A DNA stretch of 64,000 nt from positions 544,001-608,000 of the forward strand of contig CAVVKJ010000010.1 in assembly GCA_963748815.1 (NCBI GenBank). Reading direction: 5' to 3'. The notes below the pieces were generated by a model. The model worked only from the letters and a program-made list of their open reading frames with translations. It was not told where the DNA came from and did not search any database. A program made the position numbers and the translations under genes. The DNA comes from an uncultured Gemmatimonadales bacterium (GTDB taxonomy: Bacteria; Gemmatimonadota; Gemmatimonadetes; Gemmatimonadales; GWC2-71-9). Positions 9,384-20,046 of this stretch are shown here, piece after piece (positions within the stretch are counted from its first letter, which is position 1; the number at the start of each line of letters is the position of its first letter).

Positions 9384-11471
9384 CTACCCGATGCGGAACA
9401 ACTCCGTGGCCCTCGGAAAGCGGGCCAGCGCACGGGCCCGGATCGGCTGGTTGGCCGTGCGCTGCAGCATCGGGTCGGCGGCGAGCACCTGCGCCGCCAA
9501 CTCCCGCGCCCGCTGCAAGAGCGGCGTGTCCTCGGGAAGCCGCGCATGCCGCACTTCGATCCCACCCGACTGGCGCGCGCCGATCAGGTCGCCCATCCCC
9601 CGCTCCTTCAGGTCCAGTTCCGCGATGGCAAACCCGTCATTGGTTGCGGCGAACGCCTTCAACCGGTCGGGGGTTCGCCCGCCGGGAAGCAGGATGCAGT
9701 GACTGTCGCCCGCCCCGCGGCCGATCCGCCCCCGCAACTGGTGCAGCTGCGCCAGCCCGAATCGCTCCGGATGCTCGATCACCATCACCGTCGCGTTCGG
9801 GACGTCGATGCCGACCTCGATGACCGTGGTGGCCACGAGCACCTGCACCGACCCGTCGCGGAACCGGCGCATGACCCGGTCACGCTCGTCCGCCTTGAGC
9901 CGCCCGTGCACCAGCGCGACCGAGAGGTCGGGCCACCGCGCGATCAGCATCTCGGCCATGGTGGTCGCCGCGCGCAGGTCGGCCTTTTCCGATTCCTCGA
10001 TGATCGGCAGCACCACGTAGGCCTGCCGTCCGGCGCGGCATTCCGCCTCGACGAAGGAAAGGACCCGTTCCCGGTGCTGCTCGCCACGAATGGTGGTGCG
10101 CACCGTGCCGCGCCCCGGGGGCCGCTCCCGCAGCCGGGACTGGTCCAGATCGCCGTAGAGCGTCAGCGCCAGCGACCGCGGGATCGGCGTGGCCGACAGC
10201 AGTAACACGTCTGGCGCGGAACCCTTGCCGATGAGCGCCGCCCGCTGCTCCACGCCGAAGCGATGCTGCTCGTCGATGACGACCAGCCCCAGCCGCCGGA
10301 ACGCCACGCTCTCCTGCATCAGGGCGTGCGTCCCCACCGCGATCCGGGCCCCGCCCTGCCCCAGCCGCAGCTTCGCCGCCTTCTTGGCGGCGGCGGTCAT
10401 CTTGCCGAGCAGGAGTTCGGGTACGATGCCGAGGGGCGCGAGGAGGTCCGTGAGGGTGCGCACGTGCTGCTCGGCCAGCAGTTCGGTCGGCGCCATCAGC
10501 GCGGCCTGGAAGTCGTTCTCGACCGCGAGGAGCATCGCGAACAGCGCCACCACGGTCTTGCCGGTCCCCACGTCGCCCATGAGCAGGCGGTGCATGCGCT
10601 CCGGCGCGGTCATGTCGGCCGTGATCTCCCGGATGGCCTGCTTCTGGTCGTCGGTCAGTTCATACGGGAGCGCCGCCTTGAGCGCGGAGGTGAGGTCACG
10701 CTTCACCTCGAACGCGATGCCGCTCCGCTGGCGCTTGGCGAGGGTGCGGGCGCGGACCAGCATCAGCTGCAGGTCGAACAACTCGTCGAACGCCAGCCGC
10801 CGCCGTCCCCGCTCGGCGTCCGCCACCGTCGCGGGGCGGTGCACGTCGCGGAGCGCCTCGGGCAGACCGGGGAGCGCGAGCTCCGACTGGATCACGGCGG
10901 GGAGGACGTCTTTCACCAACGGCAGCAGATGGTCCAGGTGCCGATCCACCAGCGACCGGATCATCTTGTGGCTCAGCCCCTCGGTGGCCGGATAGACCGG
11001 CAGGACCCGACCGCTCTCCGGTGCGAGCGCCTCATCCTCGTCCGCGAGTACCAGGAATTCGGTGGGCGCGAGCTGCCGGCCGTGATAAAACCGCACCGTG
11101 CCGGCAACCAGCAGCGTCTGCCCGACCTCGATCGTTCGGTCAAGGAACGCCTGGCCCGGCCACGCGCACTCCAGGACGCCGGACGCGTCGCGGAGCACCG
11201 CGCGGAAGATGCGGAGACCCCGCCGCGTCGGCACCACGCCCTTGTCCACCACCCGGCCGATGCACGCGACCTCGTCACCCACACGCGCGCGCGCGAGCGG
11301 GATGACCGAGGAGGCGTCGAGATACCGGTGGGGGAGGTGCCAGAGGAGGTCCTGCGCCGTTACGACGCCGAGCCGCGCGAACGCGTCGGCGCGTCGCTCG
11401 CCCACCCCCTTGAGAAACTTGACGGGAGTGTCGAGCCGGAGTGCGGGCGGTGCGCTACCCTTCGTCGGCAA
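9384..11471 (-). CDS. recG: ATP-dependent DNA helicase RecG
   Basis: GDVGTGKT, DEQHRFGV, SATPIPRS, ATTVIEVG and QLRGRIGRG motifs plus wedge domain. Confidence 0.96.
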   Translation of the reverse strand: MPTKGSAPPALRLDTPVKFLKGVGERRADAFARLGVVTAQDLLWHLPHRYLDASSVIPLARARVGDEVACIGRVVDKGVVPTRRGLRIFRAVLRDASGVLECAWPGQAFLDRTIEVGQTLLVAGTVRFYHGRQLAPTEFLVLADEDEALAPESGRVLPVYPATEGLSHKMIRSLVDRHLDHLLPLVKDVLPAVIQSELALPGLPEALRDVHRPATVADAERGRRRLAFDELFDLQLMLVRARTLAKRQRSGIAFEVKRDLTSALKAALPYELTDDQKQAIREITADMTAPERMHRLLMGDVGTGKTVVALFAMLLAVENDFQAALMAPTELLAEQHVRTLTDLLAPLGIVPELLLGKMTAAAKKAAKLRLGQGGARIAVGTHALMQESVAFRRLGLVVIDEQHRFGVEQRAALIGKGSAPDVLLLSATPIPRSLALTLYGDLDQSRLRERPPGRGTVRTTIRGEQHRERVLSFVEAECRAGRQAYVVLPIIEESEKADLRAATTMAEMLIARWPDLSVALVHGRLKADERDRVMRRFRDGSVQVLVATTVIEVGIDVPNATVMVIEHPERFGLAQLHQLRGRIGRGAGDSHCILLPGGRTPDRLKAFAATNDGFAIAELDLKERGMGDLIGARQSGGIEVRHARLPEDTPLLQRARELAAQVLAADPMLQRTANQPIRARALARFPRATELFRIG

Positions 11472-12384
11472 GGAGGTGCCTGGCGAACGCTCTCGGTTCG
11501 AACAGGTCGAGGTCGGCGACCCCTTCGCCCCGGCCCAGGAACCGGATCGGCACCCCGAGCTCGCGGCGGAGCGCCACGACCGCCCCGCCCCTGGCGGTCC
11601 CGTCGAGCTTGGTGACGATGAGGCCGGTGAGCTGAACCGCCTCGGCGAAGAGCCGGCCCTGCTGCACGGCGTTCTGGCCGACGGTCCCGTCCAGAACGAG
11701 CAGCGCTTCGTGCGGGGCGCCCGGCGCGCGCCGGCCGACCACCCGCGCCACCTTGCGCAGCTCGTCCATCAGCCCCTCCTGGGTGTGCAGGCGTCCGGCC
11801 GTGTCGATCAACACGGTGTCGGCACCCCGCGCGGCAGCGGCCTCGACCGCGTCGAAGGCGACCGCGGCCGGGTCGCCCCCCGATGCGCCGGATACGCAGG
11901 GCACGCCGAGCCGCTCGGCCCACACCTCGAGCTGGGTGACCGCGCCGGCGCGCCAGGTGTCGGCGGCGCCCAGCAGGACGTGGCGACCCTCGCGCTTGAG
12001 CCGATGCGCGAGCTTCGCGACCGTCGTCGTCTTGCCGACGCCGTTGACGCCCATGACGAGCACCACGGTCGGCCCCGACTCGGCGCGAGTGATTTCCCCG
12101 GAGCCCTCGCTCGGTGCGAGCAGCTCCGCGAGGCGCTCGACCAGCGCCTCCTTCAGGTCGGCCTCGCTCTTCCAGGTGCCGCGACGGACCCCGTCCTCCA
12201 GGACTGCCATCAACTCCATCGTCGCGGGCACGCCGAAGTCGGCTTCAAGCAGGAGGCGCTCGACCGACTCCAGGTCCGCGGCGTTGAAGCCGCGCACCAT
12301 GGCGCCCACGTCGGTGAGGGCCAGCCGCTTCAGTCGGCCCCAGAGTCCGAGCTTCTTCTGTTCGGTGACGCGATCGCGTTTCAT
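11455..12384 (-). CDS. ftsY: SRP receptor FtsY (NG domain only)
   Basis: GVNGVGKTT, DTAGR and TKLDGTARGG motifs. Confidence 0.95.
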   Translation of the reverse strand: MKRDRVTEQKKLGLWGRLKRLALTDVGAMVRGFNAADLESVERLLLEADFGVPATMELMAVLEDGVRRGTWKSEADLKEALVERLAELLAPSEGSGEITRAESGPTVVLVMGVNGVGKTTTVAKLAHRLKREGRHVLLGAADTWRAGAVTQLEVWAERLGVPCVSGASGGDPAAVAFDAVEAAAARGADTVLIDTAGRLHTQEGLMDELRKVARVVGRRAPGAPHEALLVLDGTVGQNAVQQGRLFAEAVQLTGLIVTKLDGTARGGAVVALRRELGVPIRFLGRGEGVADLDLFEPRAFARHLLADEG

Positions 12385-12406
12385 GCGGGAAATCTAACGC
12401 CGGCGC

Positions 12407-14194
12407 TCAGCGCAGACCGAGCCGGCGGCGGCTCACCCACTCCGCCGCGAGCGCCAGCAGGACCAGCAGGTACATCCACGGCCACTGGCGGAGGGTCCGC
12501 CGCTCGCCGGCGCCGGCCGCGGGAATGCCCCGTGACTCGACGGTCACCGGCTTGGCCAGCCATTCCCGGGACCAGACGTCGACCGCCACGAGGCCGGTGC
12601 CGCGCTGCGGCCCGCCCAGCCGGTAGCGGTACGTCCCCGGCGCCAGCCAGATCGCGGCGCGGCCGTCGCCTCCGAAGCGCAGGGTGTCCTGCCGCGCCTG
12701 GCCCCCGGACTCGAAGGTCACGGGGAGCTGCGCGGTCGAATCGTCGGTCCGCTCGAAGGTGAGCGGCATGCCCTGCTCCACGACCCGCTGGAGCACCCGG
12801 GCCTCGGAACTGCCGCGGTCAGGTTCCGCCAGGAGCCACGAAACGGTGGCGGCGATCATCGCACGGTAGACGTCGGCGCTCGGCCCACCCCGGAACCCCC
12901 AGCGCCAGAGGCCCTCGGCGCCGACCACGACCTCGCGCCGGCGCCCGACCTGGCGACCGAGGAGGACCGGTCGTGCGGCGCCACGCCGCCCCACCTGCAC
13001 CGTCAGCCCGACCCACTCCCCGTCCGACACCGCCAGGGCACGGATGCCGGTCAGCGGCGGCAACGATTCCACCGGCACCCCCAGGAAGGCCATCGCAATC
13101 GGCGAAACCGGCGTCCCGGACGCATACCATTCACCGTCGGTGGCGCCTGATTCCGGCCAACGCCATACGCCGCGGGCCTTCGACCCCTCCACCATCGACC
13201 CCGCCTCGCCCCGCACGACGAGCAGGTCGGCTCCCCTAGCGGCAGCCCGGACCGCCGAGACCGTAACCTCGCGCAGCCCGTCCATGTCACGCCACCGATC
13301 CCCTTCGAGGCGGACGTACCCTTTCACCGGAAGGTCGGCCACATCGCGGAGCGCCCGGTAGAGGAATCGCGCATCCCAATCCCCTGGGCTCGCGAGCAGC
13401 ACCACGCCGGGCGTCCCGCTGAAGTCGACCGCCAGCATTCGGGCGTCGTTGCGAGGCTCCGCGTCATCCGCCCCCTCGATTCCGATTGTGAGGAGCTGAG
13501 TCCCGACCGCGAGCCCGCGGGTCCCGGCACCGACCCGTACCGGCACGGCGGTCCCGGACTGAACCGCCGTCCTGGTTCGTCCGAGGATGCGACTCCCGGC
13601 GCTGAGCAGCACCGTCACGCTCTCGGCCGCGGTGCCAGTCGTGGTCAGTTCCGCCGTGACCAGGATGCTGTCCCCGACGGTCGCTCGAGCGGGCGCGTGC
13701 AGCCCGGTGACGGCGAGATCGCGGCCCGCTGGCCGCGGCAGCACAACAAATCCCACGGAGGCGAGGAGGTCCGCTGGCACGTCCGCCAGGCCATCGAGCT
13801 CTCCGTCGGTGACCACGACGGTGCGGCGGCCGAGCGCACTCGCCGCGGCAAGCGCGGTGCCGACCTCACTCCGGCCGCGCGCAGCGACGGAATCGGTCCA
13901 GGGGCGCGCATCTCCAAACCACCGCACGCGCCCCAGGGAGCGGGCTGTGTCGTCCGCGGCCCGCCACTGCATCGAATCGGCGCGCATGCTGAGCGAGGCA
14001 TCCAGCAGAACCAGGGGCGGCCGGCTGTCGATCGGCCCAGGGCACCCCGGGTTCGCCACTAAGGCGCCCATGCCGGCCCAGGCGACCGCCCGAAACAGCA
14101 TCGGCACCCAAGTCCGGGGGCCCCGGCCTTCCAGGCGCAGGTAGGTGACCAGGGCGAGGGAGGCCGCAAGCGGGACGAGGAGGAGTGGAAGCAT
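12407..14194 (-). CDS. Membrane protein with degenerate vWA (DxSxS) and Ig-like domains
   Basis: Two N-terminal TM segments, LLDASLSM and VTDG, a CARDB/Ig-like segment, and a C-terminal TM ending in EW..RRR.G. Confidence 0.65.
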   Translation of the reverse strand: MLPLLLVPLAASLALVTYLRLEGRGPRTWVPMLFRAVAWAGMGALVANPGCPGPIDSRPPLVLLDASLSMRADSMQWRAADDTARSLGRVRWFGDARPWTDSVAARGRSEVGTALAAASALGRRTVVVTDGELDGLADVPADLLASVGFVVLPRPAGRDLAVTGLHAPARATVGDSILVTAELTTTGTAAESVTVLLSAGSRILGRTRTAVQSGTAVPVRVGAGTRGLAVGTQLLTIGIEGADDAEPRNDARMLAVDFSGTPGVVLLASPGDWDARFLYRALRDVADLPVKGYVRLEGDRWRDMDGLREVTVSAVRAAARGADLLVVRGEAGSMVEGSKARGVWRWPESGATDGEWYASGTPVSPIAMAFLGVPVESLPPLTGIRALAVSDGEWVGLTVQVGRRGAARPVLLGRQVGRRREVVVGAEGLWRWGFRGGPSADVYRAMIAATVSWLLAEPDRGSSEARVLQRVVEQGMPLTFERTDDSTAQLPVTFESGGQARQDTLRFGGDGRAAIWLAPGTYRYRLGGPQRGTGLVAVDVWSREWLAKPVTVESRGIPAAGAGERRTLRQWPWMYLLVLLALAAEWVSRRRLGLR

Positions 14195-14262
14195 GAGGGT
14201 CTGCGGAATCCTACGCGGGACGCGGCGTCAGGATTCGAACGGCGCTGGCGGTGGGGGGAATG

Positions 14263-15507
14263 TCAGTCGCCGAGATGGGCGATCGCGGGGGCGGGCCCCG
14301 GATACAGCTGCGCGGCGAGTCGGCCCCGTTCCATGTCGAAGGCGGGCCGGTCGGCTGCCGCGACGGGTTTTCCGTTGCCGAGGTCCAGGCGGCGGGAGTC
14401 GCGTGCGACGCCGTTGACGCGAAATTCGTAGTGCAGGTGGGAGGCGGTGGCGAGCCCCGTGGCTCCGACCCGGCCGATGACCTCGCCCTGGCTCACGCGT
14501 TCGCCGGTCCGCACGAGGATGGCGCTCAGGTGACCGTACCTTGTCGTGATGCCGTTCGCGTGCCGGACCTCGATCAGGTTGCCGTAGCCGCCGGAGCGAC
14601 CCGCCTTGACGACGGTGCCCTCGCCGGCGGCGAGGACGGGCGTGCCGGTGGCGGCGGAGTAGTCGGTCCCTTCGTGCCGTCGGGCATAGCCGAGAATCGG
14701 GTGGCGGCGCGACCGATTGAAGCTGGAGGAGATCCGGCGGAACTGAAGCGGCGCGCGGAGGAAGGCGCGCTTGAGCGATTCGCCGTCGGCATCGTAATAG
14801 GAAGGATTGCCGTCCGCCGCCTCGAACCGGAAGGCGGTGAGGCTGCGCCCGTTGACGGAGAGGTCGCTGGCCAGGATGCGCCCGAACCGGACCTCCCCCT
14901 CCTCCGACACTTCGCGTTCAAAGACGACCTGGAAGCGGTCGCCCGCCCGGATGTCCCGGGTAAAGTCCACCGACCAGGCGTAGACGTCGGCGAGGTCCCA
15001 CGCCAGCCGCTCCCGCTCCCCCGGGCCCAGCAGCTGGGCATCGACGCCCTCGTCGAGCGCCACATACAGCGAATTGTCGATCGGCCCGTCGATCCGCACC
15101 ACTTCCGGACGCCAGGAAATCGGCTGGACCTCCGTGGTCCAGCCGCCGCTGTCAGCGCGCAGGAACTGGAGGCGCTGCTCGGCACCGGTGCGGACGGTGA
15201 AGGCGTTCGGGAATGAGTCGAGCCGGGCGCGGCGGAAGCTGAACACCATCCCGCTCCGGGCGCGCCGCGGATCGAAACTCGAGCGGGCGACGACGTCCTG
15301 CAGGTTAAGGCCGACGATGCCCTGGCGGGCGAGCAGATCGGAAATCGTCTCGCCGCGGCGGAGGGTGTCCGCGTTTTCGGTCCAGGCGTTGCTGACCACG
15401 ATCGGGGGCGCCACGAGGACGCGCTGCCATGGCCAGGAGCCGGTCAGCGAGGCCCACGCCCCGAGGAGAACGATCGCGAGCGCGACGAGGAACCGCGTGA
15501 CCTTCAT
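14263..15507 (-). CDS. M23 family peptidoglycan endopeptidase (MepM-like)
   Basis: N-terminal TM, HEGTD (HxxxD), YGHL and HLHYE (HxH) motifs. TGATG-coupled to ftsZ. Confidence 0.9.
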   Translation of the reverse strand: MKVTRFLVALAIVLLGAWASLTGSWPWQRVLVAPPIVVSNAWTENADTLRRGETISDLLARQGIVGLNLQDVVARSSFDPRRARSGMVFSFRRARLDSFPNAFTVRTGAEQRLQFLRADSGGWTTEVQPISWRPEVVRIDGPIDNSLYVALDEGVDAQLLGPGERERLAWDLADVYAWSVDFTRDIRAGDRFQVVFEREVSEEGEVRFGRILASDLSVNGRSLTAFRFEAADGNPSYYDADGESLKRAFLRAPLQFRRISSSFNRSRRHPILGYARRHEGTDYSAATGTPVLAAGEGTVVKAGRSGGYGNLIEVRHANGITTRYGHLSAILVRTGERVSQGEVIGRVGATGLATASHLHYEFRVNGVARDSRRLDLGNGKPVAAADRPAFDMERGRLAAQLYPGPAPAIAHLGD

Positions 15508-16661
15508 CAGTCCATCTGGCGCCGGATGAAGGTCGGAATTTCCATGTCCGGCACATCCGACGGCGCGGCGTTCCGGCGCGGCTCCGGCCGGACGCCGGAC
15601 GCCGGGGTCGGGGCGCTGAGGGGTGGCGGCGCGGCCGCCCGGCGCGGCGTCGGGAACGGAAGGATGCCGGCGGCGGACCGCCCGCCGACATCGTGGGCGA
15701 TGGTCCGGTCGAAGCCGGTGGCGATGACCGTGACCCGCACCTCGCCCTCCATGGCCGGATCGTTGTGGGCGCCGAAGATGATCTCCGCGTCGTCGCCCGC
15801 GGCGTCGTGGATGATCTGGTTGATCGTGCTCGCTTCGCCGAGCGTCAGGTCGTTGCCGCCGGTGATGTTGATCAGCACGCCGGTGGCGCCGGTGATCGAC
15901 ACGTTGTCGAGCAGCGGGCTCGAAATGGCCTGCTGGGCGGCTTCCATGGCGCGGTTGTCTCCGCGGCCGGTGCCGGTGCCCATCAGCGCGGCCCCGCCGT
16001 TCTGCATGATGGTCCGCACGTCGGCAAAGTCCACGTTGATGATCCCGGTGGAGGTGATCAGCCCGGCGATGCCCTGGGTGGCGTGCAGCAACACCTCGTC
16101 GGCCTTCTTGAGGGCGTCCTGGAACGGAATTCCCTTCCCGACCACCGCGAGGAGCCGCTCGTTGGGCACCACGATCATGGTGTCGACGTTGTTGCGCAAT
16201 TCGGCGATGCCCATCTCGGCCTGCCGCATCCGCTTCCGGCCCTCGAAGAGGAACGGCTTGGTCACGATGCCGACGGTTAGGGCGCCGATATCCCGCGCCA
16301 CCTGGGCCACGATCGGCGCCGCGCCGGTGCCGGTGCCGCCGCCCATGCCGCAGGTCACGAAGACGAGGTCCGCCCCCTGCACCGCGGCGATGATCTCGTC
16401 ACGGTTCTCCTCGACCGCCTGGCGGCCGATTTCCGGCCGCGCGCCGGCGCCGAGCCCGCGGGTGAGCTTCTTCCCGATCTGGACCTTGAGGTCCGAGCGC
16501 GATGCGGTGAGCGCCTGGGCGTCGGTGTTCACCGAGATGAACTCCACGCCGAGGAGTCGCTCCTCGATCATCCGGTTCACCGCGTTGCCGCCGCCGCCGC
16601 CGACGCCAATGACCTTCATCTTGGCGCTTTGGGTGACCGTTTCTTCGAGCTCGAAGATCAT
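15507..16661 (-). CDS. ftsZ: Cell division protein FtsZ
   Basis: [24 protein letters not shown] and C-terminal IPTFIRRQ motifs. Confidence 0.98.
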   Translation of the reverse strand: MIFELEETVTQSAKMKVIGVGGGGGNAVNRMIEERLLGVEFISVNTDAQALTASRSDLKVQIGKKLTRGLGAGARPEIGRQAVEENRDEIIAAVQGADLVFVTCGMGGGTGTGAAPIVAQVARDIGALTVGIVTKPFLFEGRKRMRQAEMGIAELRNNVDTMIVVPNERLLAVVGKGIPFQDALKKADEVLLHATQGIAGLITSTGIINVDFADVRTIMQNGGAALMGTGTGRGDNRAMEAAQQAISSPLLDNVSITGATGVLINITGGNDLTLGEASTINQIIHDAAGDDAEIIFGAHNDPAMEGEVRVTVIATGFDRTIAHDVGGRSAAGILPFPTPRRAAAPPPLSAPTPASGVRPEPRRNAAPSDVPDMEIPTFIRRQMD

Positions 16662-16684
16662 GGGTGTGTCCTCTCAGGACCGGA

Positions 16685-17938
16685 TCAGAAGAAGTCTTGC
16701 AACCAACGCTTGACGGGGGCGAGGTACTTCTCAACCTGGGTGCCGCGGCGTCCACCGGTGCCGAACCCGCTGCCCACGGCGAGCTGCCGGGCGCCATACA
16801 GCGCCAGCCCCGCGGGGACGACCATCCGCGGCGACTCCACGCTGTCGGCGAGACCCGTGAGTTCCTGCTTCGGCACGCCGACCCGCACCGGCATGGCGAA
16901 CACTTCGCGGCCCAGCTCCACGATGCCGGTCGCCTGGGCGCCGCCGCCGGTCAGGATCACGCCGGCCGGCAGCCGCTGGTGGTAGCCCGCACGGGTGATC
17001 TCGTCGAGGGCATACTCCAACACTTCCTGCAGGCGCATGTGCATTATATGCGCAAGCACCCGGCGGTGCGCGCTCCGCGCCCCTTGCCCCGGCGTGCTCG
17101 GCAACTGGATGACGTCGTCTTCCGGCACCAGCGGCTCGTACGCGGCCCCGAACCGCTCCTTGATCCGCTCGGCGTCCTGCTGCGTCACCTGCAGCCCGTG
17201 CACCAGGTCGGCGGTGACATGGCCGCCGGCGCAGAGGAGCGACGCGGTGTGCCGGATCTTGCCGCCGTGGAAGATCGAGACGTTGGTGGAGCCGCCGCCG
17301 AGTTCGACGATGGCGCACCCGAGTTCGCGTTCGTCGGGGGTGAGCACCGCGAGGGACGCCGCCAGCGGCTCGAGCACGAATTCGCCCACGTGATACCCGG
17401 CCCGCTCCACCGCCCGCCGCAGGTTCTGCAGCACGCTGGAGAGCACCGTGACCAGGTACACCTCGGCCTCGAGCCGCGAGCCGGTCATCCCGATCGGCTC
17501 GCTGATCCCCGGCTGCTGATCGATGATGTAATCCTGCGGAATGGCGTGCAGGAGCTCGTGGTCGCGGCCGAACGAGACGTTGCTGGCCATGTCGTTGACC
17601 CGCGCGACGTCGCCGGTGCGGATTTCGTCGCCGGTGACGGAGACCATGCCGTGCGAACTGCGGCCGGCGACGTGTTCCCCGGCGATGCCGCAGTACACGG
17701 TGCCGACCTCGACGCCGGCCATCCGCTGGGCGTCGGTCATCGCCTTGGTAATGGCGCGGGTGGTCTCTTCGAGGTCGCGAACCACGCCGCGGCGCATGCC
17801 GCCGGACCGCTCGATGCCCACGCCGAGGATCCGCGCCATCGGATGCCGGGAGTCGCCAGTCGCCTCGCCGATGATCGCGATGGTGCGGGTGGAGCCGAGG
17901 TCGAGCGCGGCGACCAGCCGCTGCGGAGCGGCGCTCAT
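16685..17938 (-). CDS. ftsA: Cell division protein FtsA
   Basis: ALDLGS, ELGGGST, LTGGG and a C-terminal amphipathic helix (WLQDFF). Confidence 0.96.
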   Translation of the reverse strand: MSAAPQRLVAALDLGSTRTIAIIGEATGDSRHPMARILGVGIERSGGMRRGVVRDLEETTRAITKAMTDAQRMAGVEVGTVYCGIAGEHVAGRSSHGMVSVTGDEIRTGDVARVNDMASNVSFGRDHELLHAIPQDYIIDQQPGISEPIGMTGSRLEAEVYLVTVLSSVLQNLRRAVERAGYHVGEFVLEPLAASLAVLTPDERELGCAIVELGGGSTNVSIFHGGKIRHTASLLCAGGHVTADLVHGLQVTQQDAERIKERFGAAYEPLVPEDDVIQLPSTPGQGARSAHRRVLAHIMHMRLQEVLEYALDEITRAGYHQRLPAGVILTGGGAQATGIVELGREVFAMPVRVGVPKQELTGLADSVESPRMVVPAGLALYGARQLAVGSGFGTGGRRGTQVEKYLAPVKRWLQDFF

Positions 17939-18627
17939 GCCGGACGCCCCCGTCCGCGCACGACCACTTGGCCGGCAAAGCGGCCGTCCAGCTCAACCCA
18001 CGCGCGGCCCTGCTGGCCGAGTACCTGTTCTGCTGCCATCACCGCGCGAATGACCTCCGCTGACACGTCGGGGCGGAGCCACAGTTGGCGTCCGCCGAGA
18101 TCCACCAGCACGTCCCCCTTCACCTGCGAGGCCGTGACCACCCGGGAAAATAACTCGGGATCGAGTTCCTGCAGCCGGCCGAGGACCCGCGCGACGATCG
18201 CGTCAGGCTCGTCCACCACCGGCAGGTCAGGCGCCGAGACCGCCGGGTCAAAGGGGAGGAACTTCCCGTTCCTGCCCACCATCGCCAGCCGCCCGTTCCT
18301 GGGTGCCAGCGCGACGGCGCGTGCCTCCGTCACCTCAACCACGAGCGTCCCGGGAAGACGACGGTGCACTTCGGCGCTGCGGATCCCGGGGAACGCGTAG
18401 ACCCTGGCCTGGTAGGGACCGAGATCGTCGAAGAGATTCCCCCGGGGCGGAATCTTCATGGCGGCCACGAGATCGGCAGGACGGACCGCCTCGACACCGA
18501 CAAATTCCACCCGCCGCACCGTGAAGAACCCCACCCGCCGCAGCACGGTCGGCGCACCGAACCAGAGGAGCGCCCCAATCGCTGCCCCACCGAGCGCCTT
18601 GAGCGCCGGCCGAACCCAGGGTCGCAT
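17935..18627 (-). CDS. ftsQ: Cell division protein FtsQ/DivIB
   Basis: N-terminal TM, POTRA domain (RRLPGTLVVEVTE), C-terminal D-x-RF; positioned before ftsA. Confidence 0.85.
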   Translation of the reverse strand: MRPWVRPALKALGGAAIGALLWFGAPTVLRRVGFFTVRRVEFVGVEAVRPADLVAAMKIPPRGNLFDDLGPYQARVYAFPGIRSAEVHRRLPGTLVVEVTEARAVALAPRNGRLAMVGRNGKFLPFDPAVSAPDLPVVDEPDAIVARVLGRLQELDPELFSRVVTASQVKGDVLVDLGGRQLWLRPDVSAEVIRAVMAAEQVLGQQGRAWVELDGRFAGQVVVRGRGRPA

Positions 18628-19997
18628 CAGCCCCGCAAACCGGCCGCGACTTCCGGACCCAATCGCGTGATGTCGCCGGCCCCGAGCGTCAGGAGGACGT
18701 CGCCGGGGGCGAGCAACCCGAGGACCAGTTCGCCGACCGCCGAACGGATCGGGGCGAAGTGCACGTTCGCCCCTGCCGCGCGCGCCGCCTCGGCCACCAG
18801 CACGCCGCTGACCCCGGGGACCGGCTGTTCCCGTGCGGCGTAGATCTCGGTGACCACGGCGACATCCGCCGCGGCCAGCGCCCGCCCCATTTCGGCGCTG
18901 TGCGCCTGGGTACGGCTGAAGAGGTGCGGCTGGAACACCGCCACCAGGCGCCGGCCCGGATACGCCTGCCGCGCCGCCTCGAGCGTGGCGACCAGCTCCG
19001 TCGGGTGGTGGGCGTAGTCGTCGACCAGAGTGACCCCGCCAGCGTCGCCCAGGCGCTCGAAGCGCCGCCCGACGCCCTGAAACTCTGCCAGCGCCTCGAC
19101 CGCCGCGTCCATCGAACCCTCGAGCGCGTGCACGACGCCGAGCGCGGCGGTGGCGTTGCGGAGGTTGTGCACTCCCGGCACCCGGAGCCGCAGCGTGACC
19201 GCCTTTCGCCCCGGCAGGCTCACCGAGGCCGTCGTCATCGACGCCTCCTGCCGCACGTCCGAAATCCGGAGGTCGGCGCCGGCGGACAATCCAAACTTGA
19301 GCGTGCCAGCCCCGAGACGGGTCGCGAGGCGCGCGGCGCCGGCGTCATCCACGCCCACCAGGCGCGCCCGGGCTCGGCCGGCGAACGTGGCAAACGCTTC
19401 TTCCAGCGCCTCGAACGAGCCGTAGCACTCGAGGTGATCGGCTTCCACGTTGTTCACGACCGCCACCGTCGGGTGGAGAGCCAGAAAGGCCTTGTCGTAC
19501 TCGTCGGCTTCGACCACGAAGAGGGCGTCGCCATCGAGTCGCGCGTTGCCGCCCCACTGCCCGACCCGTCCGCCGGCCAGACCCGTCGGCGCCAGCCCGG
19601 CCGCCGCGAGCGCCTCCGTCGTCATGACCGTCGTGGTGGTCTTGCCGTGGGTCCCGGCAATGCCCACCACCGTGCCCCCCGAAACCAGTCCGGCAAGCGC
19701 CTCTTTCCGGGGGATGACCGGGATCCCGAGCGCGCGCGCCCGGGCCAATTCCGGATGCTCTGCCGACACGGCGGCGGTGTAGACCAGGGCGCGTGCCCCC
19801 TCGGCGTGCGCCGGATCGTGGCCGCCGTGGACCACCGCCCCCGCGGCGGCCACATCGCTGGCCCCGGACGGGTCCGGATCACACCCGGTCACCGAGACCC
19901 CCCGCCTGCGCGCAATCAACGCGAGGGCGCTCATCCCGGCCCCGCCGATGCCGACGAAGTGCACAGGCCGTGGATCCGACGGGTTGAATAAGTCCAT
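18627..19997 (-). CDS. murC: UDP-N-acetylmuramate--L-alanine ligase
   Basis: HFVGIGGAGMS, GTHGKTTT, EADEYD, DDYAHHPTE and FQPH motifs. Confidence 0.97.
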   Translation of the reverse strand: MDLFNPSDPRPVHFVGIGGAGMSALALIARRRGVSVTGCDPDPSGASDVAAAGAVVHGGHDPAHAEGARALVYTAAVSAEHPELARARALGIPVIPRKEALAGLVSGGTVVGIAGTHGKTTTTVMTTEALAAAGLAPTGLAGGRVGQWGGNARLDGDALFVVEADEYDKAFLALHPTVAVVNNVEADHLECYGSFEALEEAFATFAGRARARLVGVDDAGAARLATRLGAGTLKFGLSAGADLRISDVRQEASMTTASVSLPGRKAVTLRLRVPGVHNLRNATAALGVVHALEGSMDAAVEALAEFQGVGRRFERLGDAGGVTLVDDYAHHPTELVATLEAARQAYPGRRLVAVFQPHLFSRTQAHSAEMGRALAAADVAVVTEIYAAREQPVPGVSGVLVAEAARAAGANVHFAPIRSAVGELVLGLLAPGDVLLTLGAGDITRLGPEVAAGLRG

Positions 19998-20009
19998 TGG
20001 AATTGAGCT

Positions 20010-20037
20010 AATGTAAAATCTTATCGAGAGTTGCGAA
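20010..20037 (-). promoter_or_regulatory. Putative internal promoter upstream of murC-ftsQAZ
   Basis: Locally AT-rich 49-nt gap containing TTCGCA(20037-32), 16-nt spacer, TACATT(20015-10). Confidence 0.45.
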
Positions 20038-20046
20038 AGAGCGAGG

